Shown piece after piece: positions 13,201-25,200 of a stretch of DNA of 64,000 nucleotides. Position numbers and translations under genes: made by a program. The notes under the pieces were generated by a model. The model ran no database searches and was not told the DNA's origin. It was given only the letters and a program-made list of their open reading frames with translations. The DNA comes from Callorhinchus milii. Its lineage: Eukaryota. The stretch's first letter is position 1. Each line of letters begins with the position of its first letter. The DNA lies in contig NW_024704743.1 of assembly GCF_018977255.1 (NCBI RefSeq), positions 43,030,001 through 43,094,000 on the forward strand, in the 5' to 3' direction.

Positions 13201-16200
13201 GCTTAAAATTGGGAGCTGAATATCTTAGCATCTTTCAGAGGGAAAGGAAAATGGGAAAAGAAGAGTAATGTTTATAAGAAGACACAATTATGGTGGTTGA
13301 AAGGAGGGATACAATTGAGTTGGGAGAAAACTCTTTAATATCTAATTGGTGGGCAATTATAAGAGATGGTGCCCTGGGATCAGTGTTGGGGCCCCAGCTT
13401 TAAACCTTAATATCAGTGACCTGGATACAAAAATAGAGGGGACTATTTCATAGTTTGCATAGTTTTATTACGTCCCAGCATTGCAAGGACAAGTGTTAGA
13501 CTTCAAATAGAAACTAGACCAATTCTGGAAAAACTAAAATTATTCAAAGTGATTAGATGATATAGATATCCAAGGAAGCTTTTAGAAAGATGAATAGGCA
13601 GGCCAGTTGGGCCAATTGTGTTCTGTCAAAAATTATTGCAATGTTTGGACCTAATTATGAATTAACCAATACTCTACCCACAGCAGTTTGACACAATGCA
13701 ACGCTGAAATCCGCATCCTCACGTGGGCCCCACTGAGTGTACAACACAGTGACTTTATCCTGAGTCGCTTTAAGATCACCGATTTGTGATGTTGTAATGG
13801 GGGATGTAAATGGGTTTAGATGCTCCGCTTGATGCCCATGACGTAACCTATGTGGATTTAAAGTAAATTTTCATGCCCAGATGGAATCTCTCCTGTGGAA
13901 TAAATTGACTTGTATCTTCTGCTCACCTGCCAAAAATTGTACAAATTGTACATTCCTGATTTCTGTGTGTAGTTTCTGCTTGTTTTTGGTCTTCTATACC
14001 AAGTCTCTTAAGCAAGTGGAAGACAAGACATTTGTGGCTTTCAACACCAGATTTGTAGATATTGCAGATTGTCACAAAAGATAAATATCAAGCTCACGTA
14101 ATTTTTTTCAGTGTAAAAAAANTCAGATTAGAATATTAAACACAAGATGAACTGATCCATCAACTTTGAAATGAATGCGTTAAATGTTAATGCGGAGTGG
14201 ATTATGTAGGGTGCATTCATTTAAATCTCTACTAGTTTTACTGAAATGTATTTTTCAAGATGCATTTTATGGTAAGGCAAAGCAAAATAATTTTGCTGCT
14301 TGAAGGTCTTTTCTTGTGCATGTGTTTAACTTTTGTTGCCTCTACAGAATATTTTGGAAACTAATTGTGATTTCCTTTCGTGCTTTGTTACCTAGCTTTC
14401 TGTTCTAGTATGTTTGCAGGTGGCTCACCACTATACATTGCTTTGCTGCCAGACAGGAGGACATATTTCTCCACGTCTGCCATCAATGCTAATGTTTATT
14501 GACTGTAAATATGAAGTTGAGCACTCTATTTTGATACACATCAGAGTAGAAACAAATAACATGGAGTGAAAAGCAATATGGGTTTCACACTTCAGACCTT
14601 ATGATTGAGTTTCCAGTGCTCCATCAGTTACTGAATTACGCATCCTTTGAATTTTAAAGTTTCATCTTATTTGAACACAAGAAGAATTCTGATGTCAGTA
14701 GACTTGAATGGAATTTTATTGCCTTTATTTTAAGCTTGTAAGACAGTTATTCAACAGTTTCAAACAGGCGTGTGGCAGTGACATTTCATTGACACTCAAA
14801 GAAAATGTTATTGCCTTTATTTTAGTTTAAGCTTGTATTAAAAAACGACATTAGATAAACAGTTTCAAGCAGGTAAGTGGATGTAGAGAGCAGGTATCTG
14901 ATTTGATCCCTGTGTTGTGCTTATTTCAGCTGCCCTGTATGTGGGAGGTCCCCCTCCTGCTTGCTATCCATCGACCCCAACTGCAAAGTGCAAATTTGTG
15001 CACACCACTGAATTTGTACATTGCTGACAGAACTCATCATTAAGATTATTATTTGAAAGTTCGATTGGGTAAGAGGGTACCTGTAAAACTGTACCCAGTG
15101 GAAGAAAAAATAAGTCAAACATCTCAGGAAGGAAGAAAAAAATGACAGGGGATTGAAAATTAAAACTAGAACTATGAAAATAACCTCCTGATCACAGCTG
15201 TGCATTCCTGTGTCTCATGGCAGACTTGGTAACACAATGAATCACGTGAGATGAAGGCAAGCATTGCCTTGGCAAAATAGTACTTTCTGTTGTTTTGATC
15301 AGTGGGGAAATCCATCACTGTACTTAAAGAGTGTCCAAATCCAACAGAGTTCCACAATAATAAATTGCTAATTTTCAATCCAGTGTGGGACACTGCTGTG
15401 CGCAATTGGCTGCCGTGTTTCGCCCACAAATATGCAGTCAATTCACTTTACAGCATATTCTGTGAAGCGCTTTGAGACGTCGAGGAGACATAAAAAGCGC
15501 TATATCAAATGCAAGGATTATTATTATATTATTATGAATACCACTTAAACATGGAAATTCTCCTGTCTGGAATGGAATGAGTACTGTTTCCCTGGGGGAT
15601 ATATCCTGCTTACTTAATTCCTGAGAGTATTAAGTGAAGTTGGTGAAAGTCAAGATTTGGGAATCCCAGAGTGTGTGTCGGTGTACCGAGGGGTTTAACC
15701 AGCTAAAGCAACCTTTGCAAGCTCTGGCTTTCAGCCACTACGCACCGAAACTCTGGAACACCCTTCCTCTATCCCTCCGCCTTGCCCCTTTCTTCCCCAT
15801 TTTCAGTTCACGCCTGAAATCCTTCTTGTTTGACCGGGCCTAGGGTCATCTTCCCCTCCCCCCAGCTCGGAGTCATGCTTGCATTACTGATTTCTTCAGT
15901 CGTGACATTAATCCCGCACAACAAATAAGAATATTGGAAAAACAGAGGAAGCTAAGTGTAGCAGATGGCTTATCAGAAATCCAGAGATTCTTGAGGAGTG
16001 GCCATTGAGTCAATGAAATGTCAGTTCCACCTACCTGCTTGAAACGGTTGCATTCAACAGCTTCGTCCACACAATAGTCCAATCGATGAAAACTTGATTG
16101 CTGGTTTTGTGTAAATAGTATTCTTAGTTTGAAAGTTTGGGGGTGTTTGGTATTTGAAAACAATATAGAAACTGAACTAAGTTTTGAAAATGATACATAC

Positions 16201-19200
16201 CTATGCTATTACAGTATGTTGTAGAGTCTTGGGAGTTTGTTTAATATAAGAATGGAACCTATATTTTAATGTTCATGTTCAAATGTAAGTGCACAATGTA
16301 GCATAAACGCTGCGTCCTTAAGTTCTACAATTTTGGATTAATGAAAAGACTCTTTGTCTCAATGCTAATATCTAGTACACTGTGATAAGTATACATATTG
16401 TATAGTCATTTATATATCTGTTTTTGTTGGAAGTTGAAAGGAAAGGGGGACTCAATGCATTTTTCCATTATTTGATTTGATGTCATTTCTTTAGGTCATA
16501 TTTGGTTAATGGTGAATTTAATGAGCTCCCTCCCTACCCCAAATCAGTGTTTTTGTTAATCATTTGAATCGTCAAAGTATATCTGCTGATTACAAGTCTT
16601 TAAAATCTATTGACAATTGAAAAAAAATTGGGTTAAATAAGTTTGTCATGAAAGAATATTTGGCAGGTTTTTAACAAAATGCTGCAAATGGGATTGAATA
16701 CAGTTACTATGGTAATTAAAGCTTTCAGTGGATTGTATTGAAACCAGTACTAAGATGTTAAGTCAAATATTTGTTTGAGATAAAAAGTATGGAAAAAATC
16801 TCACAATCTGCTTTTAAACAAACTGCTGCATGAATTCACAAATTCCATAAACTGCATGCATTCTGTTTTTCAAAACTGTTTTTTCTTTTATTTTCACACC
16901 CATCCTTTTTATTTTTTCCCCTTTTCTTGGTTGGATTCCTGTGTGTGTTTAATCCAATCCCTGTCCAGTCCTGGAGTTTGAACTGCGGAAAGCCAAGGAG
17001 ACCATTCAGTCCCTTCGTGCCAACCTGACACAAGCTGCAGGTGGTGTACATTATACTTTCTTCTCTTTCTACTTTGATAATGCATAAACAAATCAAACAA
17101 TTTAACAGGGCTGTAAATTTATTTTTGCTTTTGCAGCGTTTACAGAAAGTGATGTTCCTTTACAGGAACGAAAGAATTATAAATACAGTCCTGAAATTCA
17201 GGTAAGAAGTTAGAACTGTAAAACAAATAAAAAATTTATTGAGAAGCTACGTATTTCAGTGTGGGAAAATAAATCTTCTTGAATGACTTGACTGTTCGAT
17301 TATGCTTCTATTTTTATTACGAAGAAATTGTATATAGTTACCGTATCATTTAATCAGAAGGGAAGAAGAATATTGGTTTGTTTGCCCGCAAAATATTGAC
17401 AATGTTGCATATTATTTTGTTTCTGAATCCACTGAATTTAAATTTTGTTTTGGACACCTGGTCTCCTTGTGCAGGTGGGTTTTTTTTTGGTGTGTTTGTG
17501 TGACTGGTACTTATATCCCCAACACCAGTGATAATCCCCCAAAACACGGCATTAACACTCCACCACCTCTCATAAATAAAACATTAACATTGCAACTCTT
17601 AACAATTTTCCCTTATGCAAAATTCAGTGTGCATACATTTCTCTCTGGTATCTGATTCACAGCCATCCCATCTTGAGTCCTACTGTCTTACAGCCTTCAA
17701 TTCCCTTCAAATTAACGAAAGGTCATACACCCTCTATATGTTTCCCAAACCAATACCACAGACAAAGAAAGACTAGTGTAGTCTCTGAGTCAACATACAA
17801 TGTCACTCCTGGATGCCTAAAACCTTATTTTTATTGTCCAGTAATTAATCTCAAAATGATTGTCATCAGAATGTTTGATTCCAACTTCGGCAAATAAATA
17901 TTGATACCCAATGACTTAGACCAAATCCATAATTGGTGGTGTGAATCGTAGAACACACACTGATTTGGATGCCAGAATCCATTTGTTTTATAACTAAATG
18001 TTTGTCTGGTATAACCTTTCTCCTTTATTCATCCCCGTTTGCACCAATGAACATTATTAAAAACATATTTGATATATATATTAGAAAAATGCATAAGCAA
18101 AATCTCATTCATTCCAATCAGGCATAGGATTTCTAATATTCTAAACTGGTCACTTATAATATATCCTCTATTGTTTTGTTCTGTTCATTGAATTTATGCA
18201 TGTTTTGCTTACATGTAAACTCAACTTGTCTTTTTTTTATTTTAACAGGAACCTATTAAACCTCTGGAAAAAAGAGCACTAAATTTCCTAGTGAATGAAT
18301 ATTTATTGAAGATTAATTATAAGCTCACCTCAATAACTTTTTCAGATGAAAATGATGACCAGGTAATAGTCTACAACTTACTGTAACCAGCAATTGAGTG
18401 TTAAATTAATATTAATATTCAGTAAAGTTAATTAGATCTATGGTTACCTTAGTTCTTTCATTTGATCCTAGTTATTTTTAAACAATCTTTTATTTTGAGT
18501 ATCCTGCAAAGGGGTAAGTCGACTAGAGGAAAGTAAAATGCAAAAATGCATGATTTCTAACCTCCTCAATAATCAATCTGGGACACTATTTATGAGGGGC
18601 GCAATACAAATGCAAGTGGTTGTAATTCTAGGTTGCTTTTATTGAGCGGGTTTTATTCTTCCACTTTTTCTCCCTCCGGTTATAGGGTGTCCAGTAACTC
18701 CTTAGCTGATAGCAGAAATTGAGACTTTACTACTTTCCTTTTTTATGGCATACCCACTCTGAATATATGTGCTGAGCCAATGAAAGAACCTCTGGCTATA
18801 CTGTATACTGTACACTTGTCTTATATTAATTGAAAACTACTGCTATGGAACATAAAGCATATATCTTAATGGCACCGTGCAGCAACTTTTAGGCAGCCCT
18901 TGAATTGTGCCAATGCACAATGCTTTTGAAAAATAGCTCATAATATTCCTATTAATTGTTTGTAAATAAATTATAATAATAATAATCCTTGCATTTGATA
19001 TAGTGCTTTTCATGTCTTCTAGATGTCTCAAAGCGCTTCACAAAATAGACTAAAGTGAATTGACTATAATTGTGGATGAAACACAGCAGCCAATTGTGCA
19101 CAGTAGTGTCCCACAAACAGTCGTGGATTGAAGTGACCAATTTATTATTGGTTTTTTTTCTTGAGGGACTATTATCAGGCGTGTGGAGTAAGGAAACTTG

Positions 19201-22200
19201 CCCAAAGTTTTGCCTTGCCGGGAAATATAAACCACAATGATTTGAAACGTATATTTAAATTCCAGTAGCATCTTTGAAATCAGTCTAGCAACTACATAAA
19301 TGTGAGACATTTTAAACTGGGCTGCTTTTGTAGACTGGATATATTTGTGGAAGTGAATGAAGCATAACCTTTAGACAAACGTAATTTCGAATAATTGTTC
19401 AACTGGATTTATTTTTGCTGTTTAGGATTTTGAATTGTGGGATGATGTTGGATTGAACATCCCTAAACCACCAGATTTGCTACAGCTGTATCGGGAGTGC
19501 GGAAGTCACATAACTTTGAACAAAAGAATGGTGGATGTGGCTGTTGAAGTGGAGCCAGATGAACTGGATACTCACCGTGATGCCAAAGAATTAATGCAGC
19601 AACCACAGTTACAAGAGGTATGGAGTGAGGAATGAGGGGAATGTAAAGCCAAATTAACAAGTGCAGTGAATACATTTTGAAAGACGGTTTACTTGTTGAG
19701 GATGTTTTATGTCGTGCACACCATAGATTTAAATGTTTATATTTGTAAATGCCAATTGTTGACAACATAAATCGGCAGAGATGCTGCCCTGTACCTGGAG
19801 AAATTTAGTTTGAATGTATCGATCAAAAGGCAATAATAATAATACTTGCATTTGTTGTAGCACTTTATCCGTTGTCCAATGTCTCAGGATTTTACTCCCA
19901 AAATGTGTTGACAATGCATTTGTAGACGAACATGGCAGCCAAATTGTACACAGTAATATCCTACAGACAATCATGAAGTGAGTAACTAATTTTATTTTGT
20001 GCATTGTTGGCCAGAACACTGAGAGAAACTCCTATTCTTTTTTAATTGTGCCACAAGATCTTTAACGTCCACCTGAACGAGCGAACTGTACCTCAGTTTT
20101 AATATCTGAAGTTCAGTACTTCCAACAATGCAGCGTTACCCCAGCATAACGTTGAAATGACGTTAGACGATGAGTTCAAAGTCCCAACTTAATGTTTGAA
20201 CCCACAATCTTCTGACTCAGAGATGACAGTTTTACCAACTGAGCCAGAATGACACCTTAATGAACTAATTATAGTGCTTCACCTTTAGTTTATAACATTT
20301 GCTTGTTGGCTTTTATATTTTCTTCCATTGGAATGATGCTTTTGAACATTCATTATATTGTCTGGATAAATGGCCTGAAATGGTCTTCCTTGGGAAGACG
20401 AGGAAGTCAGTCTTTGATCTGAGCAATGTTATTTAGTCACAGCCAGGAAGAGAGTGCCAGTACTGCAATTGGCCAGCATCTCCTGCTGCTAATCATTCAC
20501 CATCTCTGGTGGAAAGTGAACATGAACAGCTGCTGAGGTCAGTTTTGATGCTCCCTACAAATATCCTTCCTGCATTCACTGGTATTGGATGTAATGTGAT
20601 TCCCAATGGAAAATGTGTTGGAGTGTTGCTCTGCCCAAGTAACTATCCCATATGAGTCCAAGGGTTCAGAAAAGCATATTAACTTCTGCAAAACGCACTG
20701 AGAGATTGAGCTGTTAACTGAAGGCAAAGCATTTCCTCACAGACTGAAAAACGAGAGCAAGAGTCAGTCTATATTCCTTTTGTCCAATGAATGCTCAGAA
20801 ACAGTGGCATTGATGGGACTTGACCACCTGTTTACTTTATTAACAAGAGAATGAATCATGGTATGGAGGAACTTATAAGGCAATTTTTTAAAAAAGTGAG
20901 AATTCCTTAGTATGCAGTTCCTTATCACACAGCTTCATTTCTCCATTAGAAAGGTTTACAGGCTGCTTACTGTGGACATCAGGTAAACTCACTTTAATTA
21001 ATCGTGAAACAATGTTCAAAAGATATTATTTTAAAACTTGCTCATGCAGTGAGACACATATTGTCATGTTGTACATGCTGCCATCTGTGAAGACAGCACA
21101 CGTTCTTTCCTTTTCATACCTCCATTCTTTGTTTTGTGTGGGTGTACATTTGATGGCCATCTGTTCACTTCAACTTACATATGTTTTTAAATTTTTCCTC
21201 ATAAACCTTTCACTGATGTTTATTCACTTGAACCTCATTTATACTTGGATTGTCAATTCAGATTGGTGAATCTGTGGCACAGTTTCATTGAAACTCAGCC
21301 AGCATAATTAGTGATGGACTTTTAAGTGATTTGGAGGATTGGAAATTCTGCCTCTGTTTGCATCTGAATATCATGATGGTTTAAAAAAAATCACATCAGG
21401 CTTCCATAAATATTTATTTTGTGTTGCTTGCTCTGCAGCTCGTGTACTGTCCCGCACCAGGCTTCGCGACCACATCACTCCCACCCTCTCTTGCCTCCAC
21501 TGGCTCCCCATCCCCCAGAGGATCAAATTCAAGATCCTCATCCTCACCTACAAGGCCATTCACGGCCTTGCTCCCTCCTACCTCTCCGACCTACTATCCC
21601 CCTACCTACCTGCCCGTACCCTCCGTTCCTCCGGCTCCGGTCTGCTCCACACCCCCCGCCCCAACCGCCCTACCATCGGTGGCCGGGCCTTTAGCCTCTC
21701 AGCCCCTAAGCTCTGGAATTCCATCCCCCAGTGCCTTCGCCGCCTCCTCCCTTTCCTCCTTCAAGGCCGGTCTCAAGACCTTACTCTCTGACCGTGTCTT
21801 CAGCTCCCCTCTCAACTCTCTACCCCCTCCTCGCTCCCTCCCTTCCCTCCCCTCACCCTGACCATTTCCCCCCCCCCGACGCTCGGGTCCTGACCCAATT
21901 GTCCAGCGCCTTGGAACGTCCTCCCACGTGAAAGACGCTCTATAAATGAAATCTTGTTGTTGTTGTTGCTTGTGAATTTTAAGTACAATACCAAGTTGTT
22001 GCACATATTCAAAGATTTACATGACTGTGCAGCACGGAAACAGGCCATTGGGGCCAACTTGTTTATTCCGTTGTTTATACTCCACGTGAATCTCCACCCA
22101 TCCCTTAATCGCTCTCATACCCTTCTATTCCCCTTTCTCGCATTTGAAGGTCAAGCTTCTTTTTGAATACATCTATACTGTTTGATTCAATCACCACTTG

Positions 22201-25200
22201 GAACAGTGAGTTCCACAATTTCACTATGCTCTGCATGAAACAATTCCCACTAAATTCTCTTTTAGATCCCCTCGTCGCTATCTTATACTTGTGTTCAGAT
22301 TGTTTAATAAACTGCCTGTAGCAACGTGTCTATAAACAGTTAGAAAAATACAAACTACCTTAGGTGCACATACTGAGTGTTCACGAGTAGCCGAATAGAG
22401 AGAAAAAGAGATATACTGATTGAGCAATTTAGTTCACTCTAAAATCTGGCTTCTGACCATCCAGCTAATTGAATGCGTGTGATGTTCAAGCAGAGTTCAA
22501 AATCAGTATCAGTACTGTCTCAAACATAACTAGGGTCAGGTGATTGAGTGATGGTCTGAAGATCACCAGAATTGTAATTTTATAATTGGAAATATAATGG
22601 GAAACTCTTAGTTCCCTGAAGGTGCTCCTCTGTAATAAGACACTGAATCCCATGAAAACAGATACATCAATTAATGGAGCTATTTGTAGCTCTGTAGTTA
22701 ATCCACCTCCAAACTTCTCTCTACCTTTCTTGAAGATACTGACTGATGCTGGAGTACAATTCCATAGGAATTGACTGCTCTGTTGCCTTCCTTAACTTTG
22801 TTTAAATGCTAGTTCTTCATCTGTGCCCCCAGTTACTATCAGATATCTATTCAATATCAAAAAGCTGATCCTGTCCTTGCTCAATATCCACATTTGGAAT
22901 GGAAGTTCACAGGATTGCTAACAGGTCATGAGATCAGCTGCAGTGCTCTTCCTGTTACTCCTCAGATCACATAACACTCCTGTGGCCCTTCTGGTCTTCG
23001 TGGTTTTAACAACACAACGATCATGAGTTTTATCTCCTGCTTTAAAAAAAATAAGATGTCCATTTATCATTTTCCTTAGGCAAGTTACCTCACTTCACAC
23101 ACCTGTTTACTTAGCAGTAAGTAGGAACTCAATTGTTAGTCGTTTGGCGGATCGCTTTCCGGAGATAATAATCACTCAAAAACAAATCTGGTCACTCAAT
23201 CCATGACTGTTTGTGGAACACTGTTATGCACAATTGGCTGCCCCATTTATTTACTTCAGTCCCAGACTATCCTGCAACCCGCGGATGATTTCATAATTGA
23301 TGATAATAATCGCATTTGATATGGCACCTTATCACGTTGTCGACACATTTCAAAGTACTTCACATGATATACTATCCTGTGCTCTAACCACTATGCTACA
23401 GGATGTGGAGTCCTATAGCGTCGTGGTTGGAGCATTCGCCTCACAAGCGAGAAAACCCAGGTTCAAATCCCGGGCAAGGAGAAACCTTAGACAAGTTTCC
23501 TTACTTCACACAGCTGTTTACCTAGCAGTAAGTGGGAACTCGCTTATTAATTGATTGGCAGATCGTATTCCAGGGGTAATCATCCCTTTTTAAAAAAAAA
23601 TGTCCAATTGAACTACCGAGACAGGACCTTAGTTGAATGTCTCATCCGCAGGACCTCCAACATTGTAACGCACTCCCAGCACTGCATTGGAGTGTCACCT
23701 TAGATTTATGTGATTTCAAGTCGTGACATGGGGCTCGAACCCACAATCCTCTGAATCATAGGCAAGGGTGCTTCCACTGAGTCAGGCTGATGTTTCATCT
23801 GTAATGAATGTTGTGGTTTCCTTCCAGCAATATGAAATGGTTTTCTTTGTTTGTCCAACTTTTCTTAAAGCATGGAGCTTGCTCAAAACCCAACACAAGC
23901 CTCGCCTGACTTAATTACTTCAGAACCAAAGGGACCTAAAGTTTCTGTTTTGTCACAAAAGCACATTTTCCACTCCTGCTTTAGACAGACATTCCCAGGA
24001 AACAAATCCTGTTGTTTTCATAAGCTAGATCTCAATTAGTCACATTCATGACGAGCCTTCAGCTCCCAAAGATGTGTAACATGGCTCCGGGTCCTATCAA
24101 TACTATCAAGCACTCCAAGGTGTTACCCTCAGTGAAGGGTGCTACATAAATGCAAGTTGTTGAAAGGCTGTGATTCTGATCATTGCTGACTAATATTGGT
24201 GACCTTGGTCGCATTGTTTTTGACTTCAGTGTCAATCCAACTTGACAATGGCAGCAAGAATGAAATGCAAGAAAGTACTTTCAAGCACCGAGTACCCAAT
24301 ATCACCAGTATTATTCTCAGGTAGAATGCTTTAGTCCATATCTGATCTTTGGAAATGGTATTTTTCCTACAACTTTAATAATGTGTAAATAATATTCCAT
24401 CATGTAAAAAGTGTCTTTTTGACACTCCTTCTAGAGAGAGGTTCTGAATAATTTGACAAGAGAAGATAACGTGACTTTTATCAGACTTATTAGATAAAAT
24501 TTATACACAAGCAAACTAGACAAATTGACTTGGCTACTCATTAATTTCTTCCATAGGTGGGAATTTCATTCAATTTCATAGGGATATATTAAAATAACTT
24601 GAAAGTGCTTTGAGATGTCTTAATGACTTGATAAGGTCGTATATCAGATGCAAGGATTTAAGAAAAACTATGTTTAATTAATATAATATTGCAATTTTGC
24701 CCAGCTGTGAGGATGCAAAAATCTGCAGTTTTTTCTCCTTATCTGTGTACAATTTTCTTGTAACAGATTGGGATCGTGCATGAGCTCCAAGAACAACTTA
24801 GCATCTTAAACAATGAGAAAAGATCGCTTGCAGCGCAGATTGAGCAGCTCGAGAGGTATGTGATATTGATGAAAAACAAACTGAAATCAGTCGACTAGGT
24901 CTACTTGGTTAAAAATCGTTTTTCTTAATCCCTGCCATCGCTGTTTGAAATTAAAATCTAGTTAATGTGTTGGTATCCTTTTCTGATGTGCTGAATTTAT
25001 AAATGAGAATGTATAACACTGGCGTGTGTGTCAAATCCCAAGAATGTTGTCAAATGGTTTAGGGAGATCATTGAATGTCTAGAGGTTTACGTTAATTTAG
25101 TGATGCCGAAAGTGGCTCTAAACAGTGGCAAGCTAAAGAAAATGATTTTAATTATTAAAAATCTGGGTAGAAAATTTGACAGACAGTGGTTTCATTACAG

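Noticed and set aside
14122..14122. Ambiguous base n (also at 58385)
   Set aside because: Assembly ambiguity beside homopolymer runs, not biological.
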